NCBI GenBank assembly: GCA_040954595.2
Contig: JBECUI020000028.1
Span: 124,001-188,000, forward strand
Length of the DNA: 64,000 nt
Direction of reading: 5' to 3'
Source: Balanoglossus misakiensis
Lineage: Eukaryota > Animalia > Hemichordata
Positions 1 to 13,902 of the stretch are shown here, one piece after another (the first letter of the stretch is position 1; every line of letters starts with the position of its first letter). The position numbers and the translations under genes are program-made. A model generated the notes under the pieces. The model saw only the letters and a program-made list of their open reading frames with translations. It did not search any database and was not told the origin of the DNA.

Positions 1-1000
1 TGTGGATTAATTAAATGTTGACAGAATGAAGAGTGCAGATATGAAGTCAAGTTTGGCCCACAAAACTTCAGTTATGTGTTCCACTATTTATGAAAAAGCA
101 AATTAATTTAATAACTTCACATTGCAATAGTAAACCAAGTAGTCATTACCATCACATGAATGTCGCCAAAAACCAACATGAGAACGTGGAATGAGAATTG
201 TGTAATATTAATTGCAGCTTCCGCAATATATTTTGTTTGACCCTTTATATTTACATTTTGTGCAGGGATTGTTTTGCCATTTATGGCTGTGTACAATCGA
301 ATCTGCAAAACTGATAACAGTTTCATAAATACTCTGTGTGCCATCATGATTCTGACAAATAGATGCTTATTTTTCTTTGTAGTGCAGCTTGTATTTACTT
401 ATTGACTTTTATACAGATACAGTCTTCAAAATCAAATGATTAGCTAGACGACGCAATCCCAACAAAACTAACTTGCCAGTTGAACTCAAGACTGCAACAT
501 CGTGATATGGTGTAATTTGTGAATGAATTTCAAGGCAATGTTAATGACACAACAATGCAATGGCTTCCCCGGAAGATAAAGACCCACAGGTAAGTTACTT
601 TTGAACTGAATTTACGCTGTCCGTCTCATCATGACCACCCATAATCTATCAACAGGTGTTTCAGAATAAATATCCGTCTGCTGAGATTTTTCTTGGTTCA
701 AGTGGACTGAAACATTTGAACGACAAAATTTACAAATTACCACCCGGACAGAACGTGTCGCAGCAAAATTAAAGTTGTGAAAACTTGACAAATTGTCGAT
801 GAAATTCAACACTGCAGACAGCAACTTGTAGACACGGCAATATATGTGTGCTCACATTTGCATGTTAGCTCCAATTGCAAGTCAGCTCAAACCAGCTCTG
901 TGCTATGCGCGTTTTGTACGCCTAAAATATTAGTCCATGAATCTGACTTGTTCTACAAGACATCAAATGACTGTCCAAACATCTGTGGAAAGGTGAATCA

Positions 1001-2238
1001 CAATCTGATTAAAATCAGATGTAGGGAACGGCGACTTGGTTTTTTTATGTTGTCGCCTCACACTACATCTGACCAACTACAACTGGAGATCCCGCTGAAC
1101 TCTCGCGTTCCGACCCGGCCAATCAGATTGCGTGTTGTGCCGACTAAAGAATTGCACTGGGAGGTGGGAGAAATGTTTTTGTTGACTTCGAGTATCGCAC
1201 AGAATACGAAAGATTGGCTTTCTCTTGTGAACAATTACATGTAATCCCATGATATCTTTCTTTGTTTGGCGTCATCGTATGCGAATGATTTTCGCAGAGC
1301 AGTGAAACGTCGAGCTGTAGCCATATACAAATGATGAACTGTCGCTGATCATTCATTAACTCTCCTAACTAGTCGTCATGTTCGCCCTCATAGTCATGCT
1401 GCCAGTCGGAAAATGACGTACTTCATGTAAAAGTTTATAAAAAATAAACCAAATTTCACTGCCATGTATCCCAAAACAATTTATGTGACAGATTTTTAAA
1501 AAGAACGCTAACTTCGGCTAAGGAATGTCAAGTCATAGCTCCGCGTTCAGGTCTGTGTGTTCCCGACGCACCACAGCCCTGCATAAGGCCCCATAGACAA
1601 AACTGGTGCGTCTGCGGTCCGGACCCGGACGCCCGACCGCAGCTTTTTCTGTCGAAATTCGATTTTATCGAAGCAAAATCCTTTCCCTGTCTACTTCAAC
1701 CGACCCCAAATATGATGCGATTAACTTCTTCTAACGTCCGTGTAACGCCGGGAACACACAGACCTGCACGCAGAGCTAGTCAAGTCAGTGCAGCTGTGCA
1801 GTCGGTCGGTATACTATCATGTATACAAACGATCGTGGCGACAGAATCTCTCCCTGGGACGGCCTTACACAAATGTAATCGATTCGCTAACAATTTTACT
1901 GCGACTTGTTGCCACGTCTTATACATTTCGTTGACCGGTGGAATATAGAGGTTCAGTCGTCACGCTGAACTGGCTCGAAACCATTCCCCACGCTGATTCG
2001 ACTCTCGCGCCCGGGATATATGTCTGTGGTAGCTCCATGGTAACAACCGCAAGGGGACAGGTCATGTGATTGTGGGTTGTCTATCATTTGCTATAAGGCG
2101 CCTTCTGATTGGATTAGAATCCCAGTAATTCTCGCGGAGTTCAGCGAGATCTCCAGTTGTAGTTGGTCAGATGTAGTGTGAGGCGACAACATAAAAAAAC
2201 CAAGTCGCCGTTCCCTACATCTGATTTTAATCAGATTG
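1001..2238. mobile_element. Non-autonomous TIR element (MITE), Mutator/MULE-like by its 9-bp TSD
   Basis: About 105-bp TIRs (CAATCTGATTAAAATCAGATGTAGGGAACGG... / ...CCGTTCCCTACATCTGATTTTAATCAGATTG); exact 9-bp direct repeat GGTGAATCA at 992-1000 and 2239-2247; no transposase ORF. Confidence 0.85.
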
Positions 2239-3228
2239 GGTGAATCAGTCAGTCAGTCTATCCGTCAGTTGTGAGTGGGGTGTCTGTGTTGGATCGAGAG
2301 ACTGTGAGTGGGGCACACAACTTTTAACAATGACATCATGGAAACTGTTTGTTGTTTGTGCTGGACGTACAAAGTTTTTACTAGTAATAAATTGCTCGTC
2401 ATATTTTATTATCACAATCCAAAGTTTTCAATCTATGTCTGTATTACTGTATAGTCAATCATTCTCGAGTCTGATTAGCATCTCTTCAGTGGCTCACTCC
2501 ACATAGATACCAATTACCATATCAACAGACAATGACCTTTCTGACCTGTGCGAGTTCATTCAAGGTGACACAATTGTCGATTGTAAGCGAACAGTGTTTC
2601 AGCCGCACTCAGTTTAATGTCATGCTAACCTATGATCACTTGGCTATCAGGTTTTATTGGGCCAGTGGCATGCTTGATCTAGATGTTATTTTTGGAAGCA
2701 AAGTTGATGGCTAGATACTAGACTAGGATAGTGCATGATCACATACACGCCAAGATGAATCATTATAAACACAGAAATCATAGTGTCCTTCATAGTTGCA
2801 TAGGTGTATGCAGGGACAGTTAAATTCTCTTCATCTTAATTTCATTCAAAAGCCTTGAATGCTAAATTTTCATGTTGGGATCGGTACGTAACAGCTTGAA
2901 AATGTAATTCGCCCATGCAGTCAAATTTAGATAACAAGAAACAATGTTCTTTTTGTGTAGCCCTTATTAGAAAGGACAGGTATGGTCCCCTTTGGCCATA
3001 ATGCCCTGACCATATCATCGATCGCCTCATGGTATCACACAAACAAACACACAAAATGTTGAGTGGTTTACGAGGGTACTCGTTCTAAGCTATTTTCTTC
3101 ATGATGTTTAGAGATGGCAAAACGTTGACAATAGCAAAGATGCTGAAAGCCAGTTACCAAACATTCTTTGAGAAATTGTGTTAAAGATGTATGATCAGTA
3201 AAATTGAACGTGTTGTTATTTCTCTTAA

Positions 3229-4023
3229 GATGGGTCCCTGGGATCTTTTTGCCCGTTGCTATGGGCCTTTATAGGACATTACACCCCGATTTGGACTAAG
3301 CCGTTTTCAGAGTCTAACAAGGGGCTGGTAACTAGTTGAAAATCTGCACGATTGTGAGCGCGCGCCCCCTGACGCCATTGATATGCAAATTAGCTAGGTC
3401 AAATTTCAAAAGCCTAAGGCTTTTTATTCCGTGACCTCAAAAACGAACTTGATACGTATTCATTAGTTGCTTGAACCAGGGAAGATCGTGACGGATTTTG
3501 TTTTCGAATATTATCGTTGTATCCTACGATTTCAGCATACCCGTACCACACCTGAAAAAGTCATCGATTTTGGGTGTTTTTGGACGCACTCTTCCACTGG
3601 TATCGCTTCTTAACACGACGAAAACCGAAAAAACGATCCGTCACACTATGCGGAAGTGCGTTCTCAACAAGCAGGTCAAATTTGGCTGGCCTACGTCGCC
3701 TGTGAAAAAAGCCTTAGGGATTTTTGTGAACGGTACAAAATCTCTGTGTACAAAACATTGGATTTTTAGCGTTCGATCCAGTTACTGTGGTTACAGGACG
3801 CGCACGCTATCGCTGACCGCTGCTTTGCCGTATTAGCGTGGCGGCCTATGGCCGGGCGGTAGCTGCCGTAAACATACTCAGACAGGGGGTGTGCACACAA
3901 TCGTGCGTATTTTTAACTAGTTACAAGCCCCTTGTCGGACGTTCATAACGGTTTCGATCAAAATTGAGTGTAGTGTCCTATAAAGGCCCATAGCAACGAG
4001 CAAAAAGATCCCAGGGACCCATC
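3229..4023. mobile_element. Non-autonomous TIR element with TTAA TSD, Kolobok-like
   Basis: TTAA at 3225-3228 and 4024-4027; imperfect TIRs of about 130 bp, GATGGGTCCCTGGGATCTTTTTGC... / ...GCAAAAAGATCCCAGGGACCCATC. Purine (GA) termini fit Kolobok better than piggyBac (CC). Confidence 0.8.
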
Positions 4024-4060
4024 TTAATTGTACATTTTTGGTTTCTCCTTAAATTAAATA

Positions 4061-4406
4061 TGGCGTTTACTGTAATTTGAATCATGGGAAAAAAGCGCCA
4101 GGACCAACTTCCGCCCACCATGGTGTGGGTGATACCATTCTCCGATTGGTGTCACTGGGCGACAGACTAGGTGTATTTTCATAGCTATTGTTTGTTCTTT
4201 GCATCAGTTGATAAACAATCATCAGCAAAGTCGAAAATTTGTCATCTATTGACAGTTTTCATGAGCTATAACCCATGAAAAATATGCAAATACGCTTAGC
4301 TTGTGATGCAGTGATACCAATCGGAAAATGGTATCACCCACACCAAGGTGGGCGGAAGTTGGTCCTGGCGCTTTTTTTCCCATGATTCAAATTACAGTAA
4401 ACGCCA
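4061..4406. mobile_element. Foldback MITE flanked by TA
   Basis: About 100-bp inverted arms TGGCGTTTACTGTAATTTGAATCATGGG... / ...CCCATGATTCAAATTACAGTAAACGCCA; TA at 4059-4060 and 4407-4408. Confidence 0.75.
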
Positions 4407-5069
4407 TATTGGAAATTCTGCCAACTTTCCCTAGATTTTGTAAAAAATCGCGCGACCTATACATGGCGAATATGTTTTTTTTCTGAAAGAGTGACATCAA
4501 AGCTACCAAATTATGTAGAAATCTGCTACGCCTGATTTCCCCTTTAATAGGATAACATGGTGAAAGCAGGCGATCTGATGTCAGATGAAGCAAATTTTTC
4601 ATGGTATTTTGGAGTTACTGAATGAAGCTAGACTTTGAGGATTATTTTTCAGATTTTAGGTTTGCATTTAAAAACAAAACACTTTGTTCTTTGTCCATGT
4701 AATGTCTTTAATCATTTTATATGTTTTAAATAAAATTACCTTTTAAGTGAATTTTATTATGTGAGCAGTTTTTTGTTGATGCACGATGGGAGGAAGTGTA
4801 TCGGCTTGAAATATGCATTTACCGATTTGTTGCTATTGATCTGCTTTGAAATGCAGTTGCATCTCAAAGCAGATTAATAGTAACAAATTTACAGCAAAGG
4901 TGAATAAGAAGGAAAGGTCAAATCCTGACAATGAAGGATGACCCCAGAATTGTGACCTTTGGGGTAATTTAAATATGACCCCAAAATTATTTTGCAAATA
5001 TTTGCCAACAATGATGACATAATGTATGGTAATTTCTGGAAGGGTCTGCGTTAAATATATGTAAAAATA

Positions 5070-5437
5070 CCAGGAATGTGAACTCAACTATGCAAATGTA
5101 AATGTCTGTGATGATGATGTAACGTATGCTAATAACACAGTCATGCAAATAGCAAGGAAGATATGTACTGAGAATGTGTACAAATACGTTGGAATGTTTA
5201 TAGTGTGCACTTGATCTGCATTGGTCTGCGTTGTGCACACCCGTGATCTTCATAGATATACGTGCACGTATACTAACACATTGGTATGTTCCATATACGT
5301 GAATATACGTCACATATACGTGGTGCAGATTGTAGATGTACAACTGTGCAGACTATTGTATACTTGCGCATATTCCTAATCTACGTGTCCATATACGTGA
5401 AAATACTGAATGTATATCAACCTTTTTGCCCAGTGGG
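5070..5437. mobile_element. Possible solo right end of a CMC/EnSpm-type non-autonomous element
   Basis: Repeated ATATACGT/ACGTAT motifs ending in TGCCCAGTGGG; no matching left end found. Confidence 0.35.
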
Positions 5438-6548
5438 GGGTATTCCGAATGTGCCCTTCCTATGATAGCTGCAAAAATTGTAGCCTAGATGGGCTGGTTG
5501 ATCAAGCCCGTCAGCGATCAACCAGCCCACCAAAGCTACAATTATTGGACCTATTCTTATGATAGCTGGATCCATAGGGTAAACTGTACAAAACAAATCA
5601 TTGTCAGTATAAAATGTGGTAACTTTTGGCTTTTGTTTCTTCTCATTGAATTTCGACATCGCAAAGAAATTTTATATGTCAGTCAATACTTATAACATTG
5701 AAATATGCATGAAGTTGCACAGTTCATATAAATATTACACCACTGGCTACTAAGCTATATCATGCCACTTTTATGACCCCTTTTGACCTCCTGATCCTGG
5801 AATTTTGTTGGTGTGAGTATACAATTTCGAGTTTACCAACCACGCTATTAAATCAATGCATTTTTTCTCATCCTTGAACAAAACTGTTAAACATTGCCTG
5901 TGTTAGAAAGATTAGCTGTTGTATTTAACATTGAATGATGAATGATGTCAAACCAACAAATCACCAGGATGTAAGGTCACACAGGGGTCATGAAAGAGGC
6001 CTGTAAGATACTCTTGTTCTCTGCCCACTTTCTAACCCTGCTGTCACTACCAGCAGCAGGAATGGGACAGGGGTCCAGGCTATATCTATAGGACTGTTTG
6101 CTAACATTAAGTGTGTTTACTTGAGTAAGTTGGGTACTATGATAGGAATTGTCACCATTACTGTAGGGGGAGACATGAGTCTACCTGGTTGATTTATATT
6201 TTACATGTTGTGCTTAGATTAATAGAAATAATTGATGCATGGTTACTTAGGAACACTTCCATAACTAGTCTGCATTTTGCCTCTGCCAAATAGTAAAGAA
6301 AAAAAAATCAGAGAATAGGCAGAGTAGAAACTAAGCTGCACTCCCCTAACAATAAAATGGTTTACCCGTAAGTCTAATGTGATGCATCGTGTCATTCAAT
6401 TTGTGTCAATAAAATGGCAACCACTTCAGTGTTCAGTGCAAACAGTGTGTGACATACCTTTCCACCTGACCAAATCTATTAGAAACACATTTTTTGAAAA
6501 GAATTTGTTTTAAAGGGGCAGCTGCTATGACATTTGGGATATTAACTA

Positions 6549-6699
6549 CAGTAAAACCTGTCTGAACAGAACACTGAAGGCACTGAAGAAATTGTAAAGG
6601 TTCTTTTAATATGTGATTCTATGTCGAAGGGACTGAAACGGTGTTCAGTATAGACAGGTTTCAAGATTAGACAGGGTTTGGTTTTGACAGGTTTTACTG
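6549..6699. mobile_element. Small Tc1/mariner-pogo-type MITE
   Basis: CAGTAAAACCTGTC ... GACAGGTTTTACTG termini; TA at left (6547-6548), degenerate at right; internal GACAGG repeats. Confidence 0.65.
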
Positions 6700-6984
6700 A
6701 AGGTTGAAAATTAATTCTATGTGGCCACTGAAGTTTCTTGTGCTACTCCCAACAATATGTTGGAACCCACAATTTATGTATAAAATACCTTCCACTAAAT
6801 ATTCAAATGTCACCAAAAACATTTGACTCTAAATAAATAAATAAACATATTCAATAAACACATATTTTGAAGACAAGTTGCATATTTGCTTGTAAAAGTA
6901 GTAAAATCTGTGATAGCATTACACACCCACAGGCAATGTTGACAAGTGAAGTAAGGGTATATTAGCATGCTGTTTGGAGTTGTT

Positions 6985-7330
6985 TTTGTTGTTGTTGTTG
7001 TTCCTTTATTCCTCCTCGAAATGAGAAGAGTTACATCAACACATTAAATTACAGAGGTACTACTATACTAAATTATATAGGATGCCTTCCGACAAGAAGC
7101 ATTTCACGGTACTAAATTCAGTTCGCAAGGCATATTTGTACAAGGTCCAGCACATTTTCTTGAAGAGTTGCTTGTTCACCAGACTCCTGGTAGTCAACCA
7201 TGTAAATTCTATCTCCTAAAATATTAGCAATGAAGGCAAGATCATTTGAGTTGTAAATTGTTGTAGAAACAGTAATGCTCATTTTGTCGAAAAGACAGTT
7301 CCAAAAAGAGTCCCTTGCTGTTGTTGTATG
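6985..7330 (-). mobile_element. Possible decayed 3' end of a non-LTR retrotransposon
   Basis: Minus-strand AATAAA followed by a (CAA)n tail at about 6985-7010; upstream sequence is weakly coding-like. Confidence 0.3.
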
Positions 7331-9897
7331 ACATTATGACATATTAAGATAGACCAATCTAAGTTGTAAAATAAAATCATGAAAATAATGCAAAAGTGGC
7401 ATCTCTTGAGATTTTATGCAAGGGCAATTGACACATGACCCACCACACACGTACTGATAAGAAAGGGAGTATATAAGAACCACGTTGGCAAACATTTTAA
7501 GGCAAATATTGACCAGCTGTCATAAAACTGTCAGATATTTTATTGCTCTTATAGAGAATGGCCTTCACCTGTATCTGATTACATGTTGGAGTCAGTGAGA
7601 CTCCATGTGTACCAGCCTCCAGTGTGTAATTGTTATCAGCACCGCTCAAGTTAATTCATACTTATTGTATTAAAACTTAAACGTTTACTATTGTTCCTAT
7701 TAGCCAACATCGATTGAATTGTTATTAATATCAGCGTGTTCACACTCACTCATGTACTAAGTAAAGAAGTGTAAATGACATCCCTGTCCACACAAGACCA
7801 CTATAAAAGTCATAAGTTTGACCTTCCATTAATTAGGTTTCTGTGACTATTCCCTAGGTATTGTTGTTTTTGATATTCTGATGGTTTAGTTTGAAGTTTA
7901 TTGACATGCTGTCTGTTCAGCTTGATATGTACAGGTACATATCAGAAGCAATTTACTATGAGTCTAAAAGATTAAATACTGTTTGTTATATTGGCTTTAC
8001 GGGTATAGACTTTGACAGAAACCACTCAACACACTTAATTTATAGCTCAGAATGTTTGTTTAGTCGCTAGCAAATAAATAACACTCCACCACAATCAAGT
8101 AACAAACAAGCAAACACTTTTCTACCAGATCGCGTTAAAGTCAGGAATTATCATGAGCTACAGTTTATACAGCTTTTTGGCAAATATTGTAGCAACCATG
8201 GTCCTTTTAGAGCGATAGTTTCTGAATTGCCATAAGAGGCTGTGGTATATTTGCATGTTTTAATTATTAATCAGGCAATTCAAGCTTCCGGGACACAGTA
8301 CCATTCAGCACATGCGTCTCATAAATGTATGGACATGTAAATTTTAAGTGTTACTTTGCCATGCCGATTGGCATTATTTTTTCTACTGCAGATCGCTGCC
8401 CTGCGTGAGTGTTGGGTGATTGATGGTGATTCCCTCCGCCGTTTCGGCTTTTCGTGTAAATCACAGTCGAGGAGTTTACGTGTATTTAATGCATGTTCGC
8501 GTGTCCGCTTATTATCCAGAGACTTCAGTGGAGTCGCCTAGGTGTGACTGTCATAAGGATACCGCTCGAACAAGTATACAGTAAATCATGACATGTTGAG
8601 TAGATATTGTATTTCAAGAGATATATTTTAGAAAATTGGGCCAATGTAGCCTCTACAGGCAGAATTGTGTGTATATTGGAGAGAAAAAAATCATTCAGAC
8701 TATATTACAGTTCTGTATTCAAACCCATGTCCACGATCCTATACATGCAGTGATAGGACAGGCATACATTTCAGGCTCTGTCACGTCACTGTGTCTACAG
8801 CACTTTATATAGCTATGTCAACCCAGCTGTCACATATATTGTGAATGGCTAACGCCATAACGGCATCATCCCTGTATTCTGACTATTCGTAATGGTAATA
8901 AAATAGTACTGAAATGACTGGTACGCCATACAGCATTACAATCAACAAAAAGTAAAAAAATAAATAAAAAAGTAAACAAAAAAAACCAGGAAAACATTTT
9001 TAAAATACCAATAAAATTATGAAACTACTAGAAGGGGTAACGGCTGAGAAAGCGGGTAGAAAGACTTGCAAATTAGACTTAGGTGGCGCAGCTTCACCAG
9101 CAAACGTCTTCACCCAAGCGCCATTGGAATGCTAATCTCAACAACAGATTTTACCTCATTTCAAGCATCAAACTGAAAAAAAATAGCGTCAAGGACACTG
9201 TGGTCCCATTTGAGGATTATGCGGAAACAGTGACACACCAGATAAAAATTACAGGTGACATTGCTATCAGATATGATCTCACCATATAGAAATATGGAAT
9301 GTAAAAAAATTAATAAGGAACATGCCCAATAAACTGTCATGTGTCATGGCAGTCTTACAACTGATGCTAGAAAAAAAATTGACCAAAAATTGTCTGTACA
9401 AACACAAATGAGAAGAAACTTCTTTCAGTCAGCCCTGGAACAGATACATGTGTTATGAAATTATATCCTAAATTTCAAAGCAATCAGAGAAAAAACAAAT
9501 TTCAAAGCAATCCAACAAGCAGTTTCACAGAAAATATTTGTTCAAAAGTGGCAAAAACACAAATATGCAAATATCACCAAAATTTTGCAAATCTTACTTC
9601 AATCACTACAAGGAACATGCTGCAAAAGTTCAATGCAATATGACAAGCAGTTTCAGACAAAAAAAATTGACAAAAATTGCAAAAGTTTCCCCGATAACAC
9701 ATTTATGCAGATATCAAATTTTTTTACAGCATATTACTTAGGTTACCCCTACGAACATGCCTACCAAATTGCAAAGCCATCTGGCATGCGGTTTTAAGGA
9801 AAAAAAAATTGACCAAATATGGCAAATATTGCTCAAAATAATAAATATGCAAATTTTGCAACAATTTGAACAAAACTATGGTTACTCAGACAACCAT

Positions 9898-11790
9898 TAG
9901 ATAGATAGATAGATAGATAGTTTTATTTCACCAGAAAGATGCATTTTACATAACTGGTGCGGACCAGGGAAGTAGTTCTAGTGGAACTAGTCGTGTCCCT
10001 GGCCCTAAATACATACAAATCATTGAAACAATTAATATAATTGCCAATTCATATCACAAAACAATAGTTGGTAGTCAAACAACGCGGTGACAAAGTAAAC
10101 AGGTTTATAAAAGAGGTTAAATTAATCTATGCTCAACAGATACATTTTCAGAGAGCTTTTAAATAAGTTCCTTGATTTAATTGATTTTATTTGTGTAGGA
10201 ATTTCATTCCAATGCTTGGCAATAGAATAGTATAAATTATTTTGAGATGAAGTAAGTTTTACTTTGGGAAGCGTAAACTTATCAGTAGAGGCAAATCTTG
10301 TAAAATATTTGTGTGATACAAATGAAGCATAGCGATCTAGTGAGTGGGCGTAATGCCCTGCCTTTAGATCATACGCAAAAACACAAGTTTGAAATTTACA
10401 GAGTTTGTAAACATTAAGAATTCCAAGTTGCTGAAAAAGTGGTGCGCTATGTGTATTGGGGCTAGAAAATGTTATAAGTCTTACAAGTCTCTTTTGCAAT
10501 TTGAAAATACAATCTAAATAGGTTTTATACGCATTTCCCTATATTTCGATACAATACATTATATGGGGAAGGATAAGACAATTGTATAATAATAAAATTA
10601 TAGACTTAGGGAGATCATGGCGTACATATGAAATAATACCGATTTTTTGGCTAACCTTCTTAAAGATAATGTTGATGTGAGACTTCCAGGATAATGATGA
10701 GTCAAGAGTAACTCCAAGATAAATAGCAGAAGAAACTTTATGTAATGGTAAATCAGAGACATATAAATCTCCCTCAGGCTTAAACTTCGCCTGGGCTGTT
10801 TTGAAAATAACATAGTTTGTTTTGTCAATATTAATAGTAAGTTTATTTGACTTACACCAGGTCTGTACTTTAGTTAGCTCAACATTCAGAGTGGCAATAT
10901 CAATTTTGTCCTGCTTATCTGAACAAAATAAATTGGTATCGTCAGCAAATAACCTGAATTGAAAATAGTCTGAGGAACTGCAGATATCATTTATATATAC
11001 TAAAAAAAGAAGTGGACCTAGAATTGATCCCTGTGGAATCCCACAGGAGATCCTTTTCGCTTTTGAAGTGCAATCATTGACCTTGACATACTGCTGTCGG
11101 TCTTCTATATAAGTCTTAAACCAATTAAGTGTGGATCCCCTAATCCCATAGTGGCATAGCTTAGCTAACAAAATTGTGTGGTTAATCGTATCAAATGCCT
11201 TTTTAAAATCAATAAAGATACCAATGGTAACAAGACCGTTATCAATGTGCTTTGATATTTCAGTTGTGAGATCTGCTAAAGCTAACTTAGTACTATATTT
11301 CTTACGAAATCCATATTGGCTGTTAGTGAGAATATCAAATTTTTCGAAAAAAGAACACAGTTGCTTATTTACAATAGACTCATACAGCTTACTAAATATT
11401 GGCAAGACAGAGATAGGTCTGTAGTTTCCTATTTCATGAACACAGCCCTTTTTAAAAATTGGTGTTACTCTTGCCATTTTCAGTTTCTCTGGAAAAATAC
11501 CCTGTGACAAGGAAATATTAACAATATGAGCAAATGGTTCTGTAATATAATCAGCTGCTTCCTTTACAAGTTTTGGATATATTTCATCAAAACCAGCAGC
11601 TTTACAATGGTCTAATAAATTAATTTCTCTGAGTATATCACCAGAATGCACAGGATGGAAAAAGAAAGAATTAAAATGACGAATACCAAGGTAATCATTG
11701 AAATTAGTGCTACAATGTATTTGTGATGCTAGATTTTGTCCAATGTTGACAAAAAAAGAATTAAAAGCGTCAGCTATATCAATATTTTAG
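9898..11790 (-). mobile_element. 5'-truncated CR1/L2-group LINE, copy 1
   Basis: RT ORF 10539-11651 with DFKKAFDT, GIPQGSILGPLLF and FADD motifs; C-terminal part 10122-10499 after a stop; 3' UTR and (CTAT)n tail at about 9898-9921. Confidence 0.93.
10122..11651 (-). pseudogene. LINE ORF2 reverse transcriptase fragment
   Basis: 370-aa ORF with non-LTR RT motifs; TAG replaces the TGG seen in copy 2 (YCSEIWG) at 10539-10541; the same frame continues to 10122. Confidence 0.9.
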
Positions 11791-13450
11791 GAAGCTTCAT
11801 ACTAAATTTCAAAGAAGTAAGCCCATCACTTTGAGAAATGAAGACTTTTTATTGAATAACATGGAAAAATAAAAAAAAATGCATAAAAAATAGGAAATCG
11901 ATAATATTAGCTCAAAACATACAGGACTGTATGAGGTTGATATAAGGTACATGCATACCAATTTTCAAATCAATATGACCAGTGGTTGTTGAGTTACCGA
12001 GTTTTGTCACATTTTCCCAGCTAATTTGCATATTTTTGGCAATGACAACTTCATTTGAACAAACTCCCATCTACAGCCCTGCCTGCATCTACACACCAAA
12101 TATCAAGGTCATACGCGCTGTGGTTTTCAAGTTGTTGATGTGGACGGACATACAGACATACATCCATCCATACATCCATCCATACATCCATCCATACATA
12201 CAGACGCAATCAATCCCATAAGGTCCCATGGTACATACCAATGGGACCTAAAAACGTGATAGTGAAATGAAATTTGTCAAACTTGTGGTCATTTTATTTT
12301 ATCAAATTTCTGCATTTTTATCTGATTGTGGTCTTACCTTCAAATCACTTGACAAGGTAGGCGACACAATGTTGCATGCTAGGAAGGTGACGATTTTTGA
12401 CTAAGAGCAGTGTTATGTTAAGCTTATTCCTATCTCAACTTATTCCAACACAATGTTCAATGAGAACTTTTAATTGTAACAACTGACATTTCACATCAAA
12501 AGCAACACTGTTCTGGAAATGACGACAACTGTTATAAGAGGTTCATTTATGTATTTATGTATTTTGGACTGGAGACTGCTGTGCAAAATTCACCTCAATG
12601 GGCCTTAATATTAAATACACCATCAAACACTGTGTGAAATAGCCTGAATCCACCAAGGATTGTTGTGGATTCTTTCGTGGATTCTTACAGAATCCAGTAG
12701 AATCCTGAGATATCCATCGTGGATACTCAGAGAATCCACATATAATCCAATAGTGGATTCTGTCAAATACGGAACACTTTCAGAATCCACAATAGAATCC
12801 TTTACAGTATTTCAGTGGATTCTCTGTAACAGTTCCCAGAGAAATCTTTGCTTGATTTTGATGGATTCTGCATGAGAGTAATAATCGTGGGGTTACGCCC
12901 ATTCCCTCAAAATTTCCCATGTGACCTTGCAGCTAGAAAATGGCATTAAATATCACCGATATTTGCTGCCTTTAGTTTTAGAAAGAAAGCCACTATAATA
13001 ATTGAGATATACGATCGGAATTTTGTTCAAGCGTGCTCTAGTCATGCTCTTTTGCATTGGACACGGAATGTGTAAATTCAGAACTTTTATTCCATTTACT
13101 GTTTTATTTCGATTAGGAGTACAATGGGACCTATTTGGGATGTAGTAATTTTAATTCATGTTTTATCTTTTTTATTAAGAAATGTATATGTTTGTGTTTG
13201 CAATTATGTTCGTGTTACACTAGGTTCCATGATTCATAATGTATTCCGGGCCGGGGCCATTGTTTCTGAGTTGTAATTGTGGTGATGGCAAACGCCTGTC
13301 TGCTTTTGAACTTTCACAGTTGAATGCTTCAATAATAAATTCCTGACTTTGGATGAACTTCTGTGCTTGAGTTTGTACTCCTTCCAGATGACTCATTCCC
13401 GTGGGGAAACAAATAAACATACATAATGATTACCTTTTGTTATTATGCAA

Positions 13451-13540
13451 TGCTTTAGCACCTCCAACTGGTCATGCCTTTTAGCACCTCCAACTGGACA
13501 TGCCTTTTAGCACCTTCAACTGGACATGCCTTTTACACCT
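13451..13540. repeat. 26-bp minisatellite, about 3.5 copies
   Basis: CATGCCTTTTAGCACCTCCAACTGGA repeated in tandem. Confidence 0.85.
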
Positions 13541-13902
13541 GGAACTACATTTATGTGGAATTGACTTTTGTTCTGATGGAGGTCTCATGTTCCATGGCTC
13601 TAGTCACTTCATGCATTTCAATACATTTTTGACAGGCGGATACAACTGGTCGAGAATTCTATGATCACAGTATTACATTGGTAAAGTAAATCTGATAAGT
13701 TCTAGAGAACAGAAAATTCCTCAAAGTTGTTTTGTTTTTCTGATGAGACGGTTGTTTTACCACACAAGCATTCAACCAGTTGAGGCTAGAGCATACTTTA
13801 GCAGGAAAAAATGTTACATATATTACCTTGTTATAACTCCTGGCAAGCATTGGATAATTGAACGGCTGTCCTGAGCTGGTGCGACTTGATGCGTTGTGCC
13901 AC

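Larger units (their letters stand above)
9178..12254 (-). mobile_element. Helentron-associated (HINE/DINE-1-like) element interrupted by a LINE
   Basis: Head hairpin AGGTCCCATGG-TACATA-CCAATGGGACCT (12221-12249) beside an A/T run and a CATC/CATA microsatellite (about 12150-12200); matching subterminal GGTCCCAT at about 9202 and short palindrome AGCGTC-AAG-GACACT at 9185-9199; degenerate internal repeats rich in ATATGCAAAT. Confidence 0.65.
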
